DNA of 64,000 nt from Brevinematia bacterium (GTDB lineage Bacteria; Spirochaetota; Brevinematia; DTOW01): assembly GCA_039630355.1 (NCBI GenBank), contig JBCNVF010000013.1, positions 1,167 to 65,166 on the forward strand, written 5' to 3'. The notes under the pieces are model-generated. The model was not told the DNA's origin and searched no databases. It saw only the letters and a list, made by a program, of their open reading frames with translations. A program made the position numbers and the translations under genes. Within the stretch, counting starts at the first letter, position 1. Every line of letters starts with the position of its first letter. Below are positions 1 to 12,830 of this stretch, piece after piece.

Positions 1-2
1 AG

Positions 3-1403
3 GAAAATGTGAAGATTAAGCTATATTCGGGTGATTATGGTCTTATTGGCAGTGTTGCTTCGGTCTCAAGGGGTTTTGGTCCTATAGGGATTAGGCTTTC
101 GTTTGATAGAAAGAGAAGTGATGGATATAGGTTCAATACGGACTTTGATACTTGGATTGCAAACTTAACTTTACTTTCAAAATTTTATGGATTTGATGCT
201 TTAGCTTTTGTTGGGCATCTTGAAAAGTTCTATGGAGCTAGTAAGTTTTATAGAACTGAGGCTAGGGAGAGAGAGATTGTCACTATGTCTATGTTTGCTC
301 TTTCAAAAGATAACTTTAAGTTTAATGTGTTTTATAAAAGGAGTTTGGACAATTATACCGTTAATATAGTGGTTCCTAATTCTCAGGTGAATACTCACAA
401 TAAAGCTAGTGGCGGTGTAGATATTCAAAATACATTTAGTTTTGGAGACTTGGGCAATTTGTTTGTTAAGCTTGAAGGTAGGTGGAATGTAATAGACAGT
501 GTTGCTGATATTGGTGGTGTTGTTACTAACCTTCTTGGTAATAGATATGACATACCATTTGCAGTTGTTGGTGAATATGGTATTATGCCCTTAGAAGCTC
601 TTTCGCTTGCCTTGGGACTTAGAGCAGATTTTTGGTATGTTGGTGATAGGAGATACGGTATTATTCTCTCACCTTCGTTTAAGAGTTACTATTACCTACT
701 ACCATCTTTGAAAGTTTCGGGAAGTGCTAATAGATTTTTCAGGGTACCTACTTATGTGGAGTTGTATTACTACGATGGGGTAGCTTTTGGTAATACTAAC
801 CTTCTGCCAGAAGAGGGATGGAACTATGAGTTGAATCTTTCTTATTTCTTTGACAGGGGGAAGAAAACTTTTGCATACATTTCTGGTTTTTGGAGGGATA
901 GCCTTAATGTTATAGATTTTGCTGATGATAAGACTATTCCTGGGATCAGGTATGAAGCTACGAACATAAGGTGGATCAGTGGTGGAGGCGTTGAAGTTGG
1001 TTTAAACTTTGATACCACTATGCTTCTAAATAATGATGGTAAGGTTAAAGTGTTCTACGCTTATGCAAAGTTTGATTCTGGTGTTCCTCTTAATTTCACT
1101 TTCAGGTATGATAAATACTTGGAGCATCAACTTAATGTCTCGGTTTTACAGAAGTTTGGAAGACTTGAGTTGTATCTTCTTACAAGTCTGAGGAATAGGT
1201 TTGAAGGAAGAGACAGTGCTGGTAATCTACTACCTTATACTACCTATACTCTTGTCAATGGTAGGTTGGCTTGGGAGGTTCTGAGTGGTTGTAAGGTTTT
1301 TGTTGAGGGATATAACTTAGGAGATGTAGGGTATGAGGACATAAGTGGTGTTAAGATGCCGGGAAGGTGGATATGGGCCGGGATGGAGTTTAATATGATG
1401 TAG
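3..1403 (+). CDS. Outer-membrane beta-barrel protein, TonB-dependent-receptor-like C-terminal region (5' end outside window)
   Basis: The ORF is open to the window edge. Aromatic-rich alternating beta-strand pattern. The C-terminus YNLGDVGYEDISGVKMPGRWIWAGMEF resembles the TBDR terminal strand. Confidence 0.5.
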   Translation, partial: ENVKIKLYSGDYGLIGSVASVSRGFGPIGIRLSFDRKRSDGYRFNTDFDTWIANLTLLSKFYGFDALAFVGHLEKFYGASKFYRTEAREREIVTMSMFALSKDNFKFNVFYKRSLDNYTVNIVVPNSQVNTHNKASGGVDIQNTFSFGDLGNLFVKLEGRWNVIDSVADIGGVVTNLLGNRYDIPFAVVGEYGIMPLEALSLALGLRADFWYVGDRRYGIILSPSFKSYYYLLPSLKVSGSANRFFRVPTYVELYYYDGVAFGNTNLLPEEGWNYELNLSYFFDRGKKTFAYISGFWRDSLNVIDFADDKTIPGIRYEATNIRWISGGGVEVGLNFDTTMLLNNDGKVKVFYAYAKFDSGVPLNFTFRYDKYLEHQLNVSVLQKFGRLELYLLTSLRNRFEGRDSAGNLLPYTTYTLVNGRLAWEVLSGCKVFVEGYNLGDVGYEDISGVKMPGRWIWAGMEFNMM

Positions 1404-1490
1404 ATGGAGGTTACTGGGGTTTAGAGTTACTTTGAAAGAGTTTGCTTTAATGTTTTAAAATTAGCTTCTACCCTACTACTGGGGAAGAAA

Positions 1491-2630
1491 ATGAAATTTC
1501 ACATAAATTCAGATGTTCTTGGAAAATTGCTAAAGCCGGTTGTCAAAGCATCTTCTTCTAATAGGACTCTTCAGATTCTTAACCATATCCACTTTAGGGT
1601 TGGTGGCGGTGGAGTGGAAATAGTTGGAGCGAATCCTGAGTATACAGTTAGGGTTAAGGAATGGGCAGATGTTGAGTCTGAGGGAGAGTTTTTGGCATTA
1701 GGGGATAAGTTTTTTCAGATAGTGAAGGTGCTTCCACCTGATCTCGTAACAATAGAGCAGAGTGGCGAAGGAAGTATTTTAATAAGGTCCAGGAGTAAAG
1801 CTACAAGCTTTTTGCTCCAAACAGTGTCTGTTGAAGAGTATCCTAAGCAGATACTTGAAAGTATTGAGACATCTTACAACCTAGAGGTTTCTCAAGGTGA
1901 AATGAAAAAGATCGTTAGAAAGCTTATAAAGTTTTGTTCCGATAGTGATACATTACAGGCAGTTTTCACCGGTTTTCTGTTTGATTTGAGAGAAAATGGT
2001 AGGCTTGTTGTGGTTACTACTGATACCAAGAGAATGGGTGTGTTTTATTCTTCATACAGATCTGAGGATGGGTATAGAAACATTAAGTTTGTTGTTCCTT
2101 CGGATACTCTTGAGATACTTGAGGATGTGTTATCTGATGAAGGACCTTTGAAAGTAGGGATAAACTATGATGAAGAGCAAAGTGTAAGGAATGTTGTATT
2201 TACTACTCATTCGCTTACGATCTCCTCTTCGGTCATATCCGGCACTTTTCCAAACTATGAGGCGGTTATACCGGAAACTTTAGCTAACTATGCGATTATA
2301 AATAGGAAAGATCTTGAGGAAGCTATAAAGAGGGTTTCTGTGATTTCGGATAGGGAGAGTAATAGAGTGATATTTTCGTTTGATTCTGAGAAATTGACTG
2401 TAAAAACAGAGAACAGTATTTTAGGGCAAGCTAGCGAGGTTATTCCTTGTAGGTTTTTTGGAAACCCTGATTACGTGTGCTTTAATTACGAGTTCATACT
2501 TGACTACCTCTCTACCTTAGAAAGCGAAGAGTTTTACTGGGGCTTTAACCACTACGAACATGTAAACAAGTTCTGGTCTGAGAAGGAGAAGGAATTCATC
2601 CATGTTGCAATGCCTTTGAGGAGGGTGTGA
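1491..2630 (+). CDS. dnaN: DNA polymerase III beta subunit (sliding clamp)
   Basis: About 379 aa. MKFHI..LLKPV, KFFQIVKVLP, TTDTKRMGV, SGTFPNYEAVIP and C-terminal VAMPLRRV align with E. coli DnaN landmarks MKFTV/RKFFDI/ATDGHRLAV/DGRFPDYRRVLP/VVMPMRL. Confidence 0.75.
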   Translation: MKFHINSDVLGKLLKPVVKASSSNRTLQILNHIHFRVGGGGVEIVGANPEYTVRVKEWADVESEGEFLALGDKFFQIVKVLPPDLVTIEQSGEGSILIRSRSKATSFLLQTVSVEEYPKQILESIETSYNLEVSQGEMKKIVRKLIKFCSDSDTLQAVFTGFLFDLRENGRLVVVTTDTKRMGVFYSSYRSEDGYRNIKFVVPSDTLEILEDVLSDEGPLKVGINYDEEQSVRNVVFTTHSLTISSSVISGTFPNYEAVIPETLANYAIINRKDLEEAIKRVSVISDRESNRVIFSFDSEKLTVKTENSILGQASEVIPCRFFGNPDYVCFNYEFILDYLSTLESEEFYWGFNHYEHVNKFWSEKEKEFIHVAMPLRRV

Positions 2631-3196
2631 TGCCCGGGGTTGAGGCTTCTTCTCTCAGAAGAGGTCACATTATCTTGGTAGATGGGAAGTTTTTCATGGT
2701 TATTGACAATCAGCACATAAAGTTAGGCAGAGGGGGAGCAAACTCTAGGCTTAGGTTGAGGTCATTGGAGAGTGGTAATATAGTAGAGAAAACATTTGGT
2801 TCAGATACAATAATTGAGAAACCCGAAGTTGAAGTTAGGGAGATGAATGTAATTTACATTGATGAAGATAATGTCGGGGTTATGGATAGCGAAACCTATG
2901 AGCAGTACGATATTCCTAGAGCTACGGTAGGGGATAGTATTCTTTACCTAAAAGAAGGGGTTAATGTTATTGGATACATAAGTAGCGGGACTATAATAAC
3001 AATCTTACCACCAGATTTTGTTGAGCTTAGGGTTGTTGAAACAGATCCTGGGCTTAGGGGAGATACGGTGAGTGGGGGATCTAAACCTGCTAAGCTTGAG
3101 ACTGGGCTTGTGGTGCAGGTTCCGCTTTTCGTACAGATAGGAGATGTAGTTAAGGTTGATACTAGGGAGAATAGATATGTAGAGAGAGTGAAGTGA
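2627..3196 (+). CDS. efp: Elongation factor P
   Basis: 189 aa. GGSKPAKLETGLVVQVPLFVQIGDVVKVDTRENRYVERVK is the classic EF-P C-terminal signature. 4-bp ATGA overlap with dnaN. Confidence 0.9.
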   Translation: MMPGVEASSLRRGHIILVDGKFFMVIDNQHIKLGRGGANSRLRLRSLESGNIVEKTFGSDTIIEKPEVEVREMNVIYIDEDNVGVMDSETYEQYDIPRATVGDSILYLKEGVNVIGYISSGTIITILPPDFVELRVVETDPGLRGDTVSGGSKPAKLETGLVVQVPLFVQIGDVVKVDTRENRYVERVK

Positions 3197-4494
3197 TGTT
3201 TAGGAAGGTTGTTATTTTTATAGCGGGAAGGTATATAAACTTTTCTGGTAGGGATATAATATCAAAGATTTCGCTGGTTTCATTTTTGTCAGTTGTTGTG
3301 GGAGTTGCTACCTCAGTTGTTGTTCTTTCAATAACTAATGGATTTAGAGAGGACTTGAAGGACAAGATGATAGGTAAGGATGCCCACATTTTGGTCATAG
3401 GAAGGGGATTGGGAATAGAAAACTATGAGTTTTTGATCAATGACATTAGAGCAAATCTTAAGTGGGCTAAGGAAGTTGAACCTTACTACCAGGGACAAGG
3501 GTTACTCCGAAGATGGGGTGATAATATCCATGGAACTTTAGTAATGGGAGTGACAACTAACTCTATTAGAAGGTATAGTAGGTACTTTAAGTTGATTGAT
3601 GGTAGCTATGAGCTTGGAGATGGTGAAATACTTCTTGGTGAGACACTTGCATACAACCTCAGGGCAAGAGTAGGTTCAGAAATAGAGGTTATCGTTAAAC
3701 CACCTGTGGAGGGTGAGCTTCCTAGGATTAGAAAAGTCAGGGTTAAGGGAATTTTTTCTGCCGGTTATGGAGAGTATGATAGTATTTTGTCGGTTTTGCT
3801 CCTGAAAGATGCTCAGAAGTTGTATCAGGTTGGGAATATAGCTTACGGGGTAAGCATAATGGTTGATAATGTTGATAAGGTTAAGGAGTATAAGTATGCA
3901 ATACTCAACCGTTATTCTGGTGCTTTCATTGTTCTAACTTGGCAAGAGACAAACAGGAATCTTTTTGAGGCGTTGCATAACCAGAAGACTGTGATGTTCT
4001 TGGTATTGTTCTTATTCTTCGTTGTAGTATCGTTTGGAATAATTGGAACTATGATGTCGCTTGCTCTGGACAAAAAATCAGAGATCGCCATCTTAAAGGC
4101 AATAGGCATGCATAGTAGAGATATACTTCAGATTTTTACAATAGCTGGAGCAGTTCTTGGAACTGTTGGTAGTTTTTTCGGTCTCTTGATAGGTGTATTT
4201 ATCTCAATAAATCTTGAAGCTATAACATTGGGGATAGAGGATTTTGTAAATTATGTCCTCTTTAATCTTTCATATCCTGTTGCTAAGGTTGTGAACCCTT
4301 TTATCAGTTATCCGGAGAAGTTTGAGTTTTTTAAGAGCAATGTTTACTATATAAAGTCTTTCCCCACTAAGGTTGAGTTTGGAGATTTGATTTTGATCTC
4401 TTTGTTTGCAGTGAGTGTGTCGGTGTTTGCTTCTCTGATTCCAGCACTTAGAGCTTCAAAGTTAAAGCCTGCAGAAATTCTTAGAAATGAATAA
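3193..4494 (+). CDS. Lipoprotein-release LolC/LolE-like ABC transporter permease (FtsX/MacB family)
   Basis: N-terminal TM, large periplasmic domain, three C-terminal TMs, terminal LRASKLKPAEILRNE motif typical of FtsX-fold permeases. Start overlaps the efp stop. No ATPase partner adjacent. Confidence 0.7.
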   Translation: MMFRKVVIFIAGRYINFSGRDIISKISLVSFLSVVVGVATSVVVLSITNGFREDLKDKMIGKDAHILVIGRGLGIENYEFLINDIRANLKWAKEVEPYYQGQGLLRRWGDNIHGTLVMGVTTNSIRRYSRYFKLIDGSYELGDGEILLGETLAYNLRARVGSEIEVIVKPPVEGELPRIRKVRVKGIFSAGYGEYDSILSVLLLKDAQKLYQVGNIAYGVSIMVDNVDKVKEYKYAILNRYSGAFIVLTWQETNRNLFEALHNQKTVMFLVLFLFFVVVSFGIIGTMMSLALDKKSEIAILKAIGMHSRDILQIFTIAGAVLGTVGSFFGLLIGVFISINLEAITLGIEDFVNYVLFNLSYPVAKVVNPFISYPEKFEFFKSNVYYIKSFPTKVEFGDLILISLFAVSVSVFASLIPALRASKLKPAEILRNE

Positions 4495-4516
4495 AAGTCA
4501 GAGTATGGAAACAAAC

Positions 4517-5638
4517 CTAGTTACCTGAGTTTTGTTTTCTCTTTTTCCAGTATTCAACTTGGTATATGTTGACATACTTTTGGTGTTCTTGATAGGTTCT
4601 GGAGAAAACATGAGTTCCATCATTTTTGGACACAAAGTATAGGTAGTCGGTATCGTAAGGCATAACTGCTGCCTTTAGTGATTCTAGTGAAGGGTTTGAG
4701 ATAGGTGTCTTTGGTAGCCCTCTGCGGGTGTAGGTGTTGTATGGAGTATCATATTGTAGGTGCCACTTGTGCAGATTGTTGTTTTTCCACATATTAAGGT
4801 CCATAAGGCCGTATATTACCGTAGCACATGATGCTAGATGAATACCTCTATTTAGCCTATTGTGAAAAACCGAAGAAACAAGATACTTCTCATCTTTGGG
4901 TCTTCCTGCTTCTTTCTCTATTATTGATGCCAGTGTGACTGCCTGCTCAAAGGTTAGCCCAACTTTGCTTGCAAGGTAAGAGTATTCTTCTCTGTCTACG
5001 AGTTTAAAAAAGGTGTTGACAAATAGCTCAACTATTTTGTCAGGTTTATCTTTGTAGTAGAATGGAATGTAGTAGGTGGATGGGAATAGGAACCCCTCAA
5101 GTCTGTCAGATTTTATGTTATACTTTCTAAGAAGGTCTGGATTCTTTACTGCTTTTACTATTTCTCCTGGTTTGGTTAATTTTGCCTCGGCAAGGATTCT
5201 GTCAATATCGTAAGATGTTGCTCCTTCAGGGATCCTTACCTTTATGGTATAAATTTTCTCGTTTAGCAAAATGTCTATTATCTGAAATACATTCATTTTT
5301 GATGTTACTTTATAAGCTGAGGGGACGATCTTTTTTTCCAATCCTACGATTCGTGAAAGAAAGATAAATATTCTTCTGTCCTTAATGATTCCTTCATTCT
5401 CTAGTTTTTTCCCAATGCTGTGAAGGGTATCCCCCTTTTCAACTATCAAAATATACTCTTTGTATTCTCCGCTGGCTTCTTCAAACAAGAAAATGTAGGT
5501 TATTATTCCTGCAACTATAATTAAGGTCAAGAGAGAAAGAAGAAGAAAGATTTTCTGAAAAGGAGGATTGCGTTTGATCATAAGTATATTATAATGGATA
5601 ATCCAAAAGTTTTCTACTTCATTTCGTTCCATGCTCAA
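4517..5638 (-). CDS. mltG: Endolytic murein transglycosylase MltG (YceG family)
   Basis: N-terminal TM. ASIIEKEAG..VSSVFHNRL, YNTYTRRGLP(K)TPISNP and YLYFVSKNDGTHVFSRTYQEH are YceG/MltG signatures. Confidence 0.85.
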   Translation of the reverse strand: MSMERNEVENFWIIHYNILMIKRNPPFQKIFLLLSLLTLIIVAGIITYIFLFEEASGEYKEYILIVEKGDTLHSIGKKLENEGIIKDRRIFIFLSRIVGLEKKIVPSAYKVTSKMNVFQIIDILLNEKIYTIKVRIPEGATSYDIDRILAEAKLTKPGEIVKAVKNPDLLRKYNIKSDRLEGFLFPSTYYIPFYYKDKPDKIVELFVNTFFKLVDREEYSYLASKVGLTFEQAVTLASIIEKEAGRPKDEKYLVSSVFHNRLNRGIHLASCATVIYGLMDLNMWKNNNLHKWHLQYDTPYNTYTRRGLPKTPISNPSLESLKAAVMPYDTDYLYFVSKNDGTHVFSRTYQEHQKYVNIYQVEYWKKRKQNSGN

Positions 5639-5640
5639 TG

Positions 5641-5877
5641 AGTTCCAAAATTTAACAACTAGTATGCTCCTTTCGTGGTTTCATCAAGACTGGGTAAATG
5701 CTTTTCTTGATGATCGCTCAAAAGCCTGGTATGAAGTGGAGTTTTGTAACTGACGAAAACTAGAGGAGATAAGTAAGGAAAGATTTGTAATTTTGCCTAC
5801 TTGCCTAGTGGAGATTGGAATTTATTGAAAAATCCAGTTTTTCTGGAGGATTATCAAGTTTTATTGTGTTATGCTAG
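5641..5877 (+). repeat. Repeat family 2 copy A (full, about 235 bp) upstream of sufS
   Basis: Modules TTTAACAACTAG, GACTGGGTAAATGCTTTTCTTGATGA, and the GATAAGTAAGGAAAG...CCTACTTGCC hairpin. About 70% identical to copy C over about 230 bp. Confidence 0.65.
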
Positions 5878-5937
5878 TTGCGGGCTGTTTGGAATTTGGT
5901 GTGGATTTTTATTATATTTTTTCCAAGGAAGTTGAGG

Positions 5938-7170
5938 ATGGTGGTTACTCCTGAGGATATAAGGAAGGATTTTCCAATTTTTCAGAGGAGGGTTAGAGGC
6001 AAGGAACTGGTTTATCTTGATAATGCTGCAACTTCGCAGAAGCCTATTCAGGTGATTTCAAGAATTGAGAGTTACTATAAAACTCAGAATGCTAATATCC
6101 ATAGAAGTATACACATATTAAGTTACGAATCTACTGTTGAGTATGAGGAGGCTCATAGGAAGGTTGCTAGGTTCATAAATGCTAGAAGTTGGCGTGAGGT
6201 AATTTTTGTAAGAAATGCTACTGAGGGGATAAATCTTGTTGCGTACGCTTATGGGTTGAATAAGCTTAGGGAAGGTGATGAGATAGTGTTAGCTATTTCG
6301 GAACATCATTCTAACTTAGTTCCGTGGCAATTTGTTTGTAGAAAAACTGGTGCAAGGCTGAGATTCATAGATGTTGATGAAGATTATAGACTAAAATTGG
6401 ATGAATTTAAGCAAATTTTGTCTGAGAGAACAAAGATAGTTAGTATTGGTCATGTGTCAAACATAACGGGTGTGATAAATCCGATTAGGGAAGTAGTTTC
6501 CTTAGCCAAGGAAGTAGGAGCTTTGACGATTATTGATGGTGCTCAAGGACTTCCTCATCTTAAAGTAGATGTGCAGGATGTGGGGTGTGATTTTTACATA
6601 GCTACTGGTCATAAGATGTGTGGTCCTACGGGGATAGGTTTTGTATATGGTAAGGAGGAGATATTATCAGAAATGGAACCATTTCTATATGGTGGTGATA
6701 TGATAGATACTGTTACGCTTGAGACAAGTACTTGGAATGAGCTTCCTTGGAAGTTTGAATCAGGGACTGCTAATATTGCTGGAGGTATTGGGCTTGGTGC
6801 TGCTGTTGACTACCTTGAGGGAATAACTATGACGGTTGTTGAGGAGATTGAGAGGGATCTTACCGAATATGCTTTGGATGTGCTTTTGGGGGTAGAAGGA
6901 CTGAGACTGTTTGGTCCTAGGGATGTTAGAGATAGGATAGGGGTTTTTTCATTTATGCTGGATGGAATTCATCCGCATGATGTAGCACATATCCTTGACA
7001 GGGAAGGGATAGCCATAAGGTCTGGACATCACTGTGCTCAGCCTTTTCTTAATAGGATAGGTGCTGAAAGTGGAACGGCAAGAGTGAGTACTTATATATA
7101 CAATACGAAGTCTGATATTGACAGGCTTGCTGAAGCTCTGGAAAAAGTTAAGAAGATTTTTAGAGTTTAG
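5938..7170 (+). CDS. sufS: Cysteine desulfurase (SufS/CsdA, class V aminotransferase)
   Basis: FPIF...VYLDNAATSQKP, NIHRS, SEHHSNLVPWQ, HKMCGPTGIG, RSGHHCAQP motifs. An ATG at 5938 is preferred over the ORF-track start at 5878, which would read through repeat A. Confidence 0.85.
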   Translation: MVVTPEDIRKDFPIFQRRVRGKELVYLDNAATSQKPIQVISRIESYYKTQNANIHRSIHILSYESTVEYEEAHRKVARFINARSWREVIFVRNATEGINLVAYAYGLNKLREGDEIVLAISEHHSNLVPWQFVCRKTGARLRFIDVDEDYRLKLDEFKQILSERTKIVSIGHVSNITGVINPIREVVSLAKEVGALTIIDGAQGLPHLKVDVQDVGCDFYIATGHKMCGPTGIGFVYGKEEILSEMEPFLYGGDMIDTVTLETSTWNELPWKFESGTANIAGGIGLGAAVDYLEGITMTVVEEIERDLTEYALDVLLGVEGLRLFGPRDVRDRIGVFSFMLDGIHPHDVAHILDREGIAIRSGHHCAQPFLNRIGAESGTARVSTYIYNTKSDIDRLAEALEKVKKIFRV

Positions 7171-7237
7171 TAAAATTTTGGGTTTGTATGAGGGTTTAAA
7201 ATTTTTGAAAGTTTTTACTAAGACGAAAATAGAAAGT

Positions 7238-8230
7238 ATGGGTATGAGATACTGCTTAGTGATTGTATTACTTTTCATCACGGGGCTATTGGCTTACTCG
7301 GAAACGGTTAAGTTGAAGGAGATAGCTACTGTGTGTGTAGGAGAGGAATTGATTCAGGGTTATGGATTAGTTGTTGGGTTAAAGGGCACAGGTGATTCTA
7401 CGAGGAATTACTCAACTGCAAAGACGATTTCAGATCACCTTAGGGAGTTTGGGTTAGATGTTGCTCCGACGAACTTTTTTGCTAGAAACTCTGCTTCTGT
7501 GGTTGTTTCTGCTAGAATTTCACGAAACCTGAGAGAAGGAGTTTCTTTTGATGTTAATGTTTCTTCTCTATTTGACGCAAGATCGTTGGAGGGAGGCTTT
7601 TTGTTGAAGACACCCTTGAAGGATAGTGAGGGGAGGATTGTAGGATTTGCTCAGGGAAATGTAACTACGCCTAAGGGAAGTGTAAGAACAACGGGTGTTG
7701 TTCCGAACGGAGGGATATTGGTCCTAGATCTTGGTTCGGAATTTGAGAATAGGGTTTTGAAAATATCTTTTGATAATGTTTCGCCTTCTACCGTGAATTT
7801 AGCTGTTAAATCACTTAGGGAAAAATTTAGTGGTTTGAATGTTCGGGTGGTAAATCTTTCTTGTCTGGAGGTAGAGGTGCCTGAGGAGTTTCAGGGGAAT
7901 GAGTTTGAGTTTATAGCAAAACTTATGGAGACAGAGGTTGATGTATTGGAGGAGGCGTTTGTGGTTGTGGATCAAAAAAGTGCAACGGTAGTGATAACTG
8001 GAGATGTTAAACTTTATCCTGTAAGTGTCTCGTATAAGGGGATGAAGGTAATATCTTCAGAGTTTGGCACTTTTTTTGAAAGTGGCGAAATATATAGCAT
8101 TCCGTCAACCAGTCTAAAGGGGTTTGTAGATGCTCTGTCAAAGATTGGTGTGAAGGCTGAGGATCTTATTCAGATACTTTTGTTAATGAGGGATGCTGGG
8201 GGAATAAAAGCAAGATTTATTGTGAAATAA
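7238..8230 (+). CDS. flgI: Flagellar P-ring protein FlgI
   Basis: Signal peptide MRYCLVIVLLFITGLLAYSE. GLVVGLKGTGD, LLKTPL.DSEGRIVGFAQGNV and the C-terminal DLIQILLLMRDAGGIKARFIV match the FlgI family. Confidence 0.8.
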   Translation: MGMRYCLVIVLLFITGLLAYSETVKLKEIATVCVGEELIQGYGLVVGLKGTGDSTRNYSTAKTISDHLREFGLDVAPTNFFARNSASVVVSARISRNLREGVSFDVNVSSLFDARSLEGGFLLKTPLKDSEGRIVGFAQGNVTTPKGSVRTTGVVPNGGILVLDLGSEFENRVLKISFDNVSPSTVNLAVKSLREKFSGLNVRVVNLSCLEVEVPEEFQGNEFEFIAKLMETEVDVLEEAFVVVDQKSATVVITGDVKLYPVSVSYKGMKVISSEFGTFFESGEIYSIPSTSLKGFVDALSKIGVKAEDLIQILLLMRDAGGIKARFIVK

Positions 8231-8470
8231 GGAATTTCAACAAAGTCTAAAGCTTACGATTAAGTATAGTTTCTTTTTCTTTCTCTCGCAATCCCTGTCG
8301 GGACTGGGTGAATACTCTTCTTGATAAGCGTCTAGGAGATTTGGTGCAGGGTGAGGTTTGGGACTGAGGAGCGCTAAGACGAGTTGAGTAAGTAAGGAAA
8401 AGTTTGGAATCTTGTCTACTTGCCTTTTTCTAGAAAATTCTCAAGCTAATCCGATATTATACCTAGGAGA
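8231..8470 (+). repeat. Repeat family 2 copy B upstream of hypothetical gene 8476
   Basis: AATTTCAACAAAG, CCCTGTCGGGACTGGGTGAATACTCTTCTTGATAAGCG, and the GTAAGTAAGGAAAAG...CTACTTGCC hairpin. Confidence 0.65.
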
Positions 8471-8475
8471 TCTTT

Positions 8476-8850
8476 ATGAGGGTGAGAGTTTTTGTGTACA
8501 TAGTATTTATAATACTGCTGTTATTGGTTTCGCTAGAAGGTTTTTGTGATAGGTTGACGATTGTTACGCTTGATGGGTCTGTGATAAATGTGCCAATGAA
8601 TCCTCAATATACTAATATCACGATAAGGATAAGGACGGAGTATGGTGAGCTTGGTTTCAATATAACTTCAATTCAAAAGATACTGTTGGTGACGAATAAT
8701 ATTCACAGTGTGCAAACATTTAAGGGGGAAGTGATTAGAGGGACAATAACTTCGCCTAATATAGTTGTTCCAACTAAATATGGTAGCTTAACGATTCCTC
8801 CTGGTGAGATAGGAAAGCTTATAGTAGTAGTTACTAACAAAAGCTTCTGA
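8476..8850 (+). CDS. Small secreted hypothetical protein
   Basis: N-terminal hydrophobic signal peptide (VYIVFIILLLLVSLEG). No recognisable domain. Preceded by repeat B. Confidence 0.4.
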   Translation: MRVRVFVYIVFIILLLLVSLEGFCDRLTIVTLDGSVINVPMNPQYTNITIRIRTEYGELGFNITSIQKILLVTNNIHSVQTFKGEVIRGTITSPNIVVPTKYGSLTIPPGEIGKLIVVVTNKSF

Positions 8851-8866
8851 TAGAGGGGAAGGATTT

Positions 8867-8892
8867 GGAGGGGATTATACCCCTCCTTTGTA
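8867..8892. terminator. Bidirectional rho-independent terminator hairpin GGAGGGG-attatac-CCCTCC followed by TTTG
   Basis: Perfect 6-7 bp GC stem between convergent genes (hypothetical + strand, groEL - strand). A T-run follows on the + strand. Confidence 0.5.
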
Positions 8893-11959
<3,067 letters not shown>

Positions 11960-12313
11960 TTATAGGTATTTCCCAACGCCAATGTCGTTTTGCCTTATTC
12001 TCTTAGTGTAGGGTCTTATTTTCATAGCTTCTTCAGGAGTCAGTATATAGCAGTATTTACAACCTTTTATCACTACCTTGTCTCTAGGCTCAGCTTGAAA
12101 GATCTCTGCATATATTACATCCCTAGGACCTAACTTAGAACCACATACTGGACAGTGCCTAGGTTTAGTAGCATAATTCTTGTCTTCGTTTTCTTCATTG
12201 TGAGCTTCTCTCTTTCTACTAGACCTATCGTTACCTCCATAGCTTCTTAGGTTCATAAGTAGGAGGAATATTATGAGCCCTATTATTATTCCAATTATAC
12301 TCCAAAGGATCAT
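11960..12313 (-). CDS. Small membrane-anchored zinc-ribbon protein (hypothetical)
   Basis: N-terminal TM helix, charged linker, CPVCG...CKYC Cys4 motif. Tail-to-tail with lysC. Confidence 0.45.
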   Translation of the reverse strand: MILWSIIGIIIGLIIFLLLMNLRSYGGNDRSSRKREAHNEENEDKNYATKPRHCPVCGSKLGPRDVIYAEIFQAEPRDKVVIKGCKYCYILTPEEAMKIRPYTKRIRQNDIGVGKYL

Positions 12314-12404
12314 ACATTAAAAATTTTTACTCACATACACAGATAAATTCAATCACAATTTACTCAAGCCAACAAATTCTGATTTCCACCTTTTGAAAGG
12401 TTAA

Positions 12405-12480
12405 AAGTAGTTAAGTTATGTTAACTTGTTTGGTGTTACCCAAAAGCCCAGCTTCCTATCCGGAAGACCAAAAATTACCC
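12405..12480 (+). repeat. Repeat family 1 copy c1 (core GTTATGTTAACTTGTTTG at 12415-12432)
   Basis: Shares the GTTAAC-centred 17-18 bp core with six other intergenic sites. Confidence 0.6.
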
Positions 12481-12554
12481 TCTTAGTTGTTTTTCCACTT
12501 GAGGGACTAAAAGAAACCCTAGGACCCATCACACTCCAAACACCAATAAATTCC

Positions 12555-12800
12555 AGAACTTAACAACTAGGCAATGGTTTTTTTGTTTTTCTTGCGGTTT
12601 CTTTGGAGCTAGGTAAATGCTCTTTTGATGAGAGCTTGAGGGGCTTGATGCAAAGTGAAATTTTGTGATTGACGAAAAAACAAAAGATAAGTAAGAAAAG
12701 TTTAGAATTTTGCTTACTTGTCCAATAGAGTTTGGAATTTTATTGGCTCAAGTTTTGGTGGAGGGATTTTAACTTTTAATTACTTTATGGGATTATAAAA
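12555..12800 (+). repeat. Repeat family 2 copy C upstream of dapB
   Basis: CTTAACAACTAG, GGTAAATGCTCTTTTGATGAGAGC, and GATAAGTAAGAAAAG-N21-CTTACTTG, a perfect 8-bp inverted repeat. Confidence 0.65.
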
Positions 12801-12830
12801 AATAAATCATGTTTTCTAAAGGAGGAGGGT

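Noticed and set aside
5641-5877. Terminal inverted repeats on repeat copy A as proof of a MITE
   Set aside because: CAACTAGTAT ... ATGCTAGTTG (about 10/12 match) is seen only on copy A. Copies B and C do not show equivalent termini, so the TIR interpretation is kept only as a possibility inside the family 2 finding.
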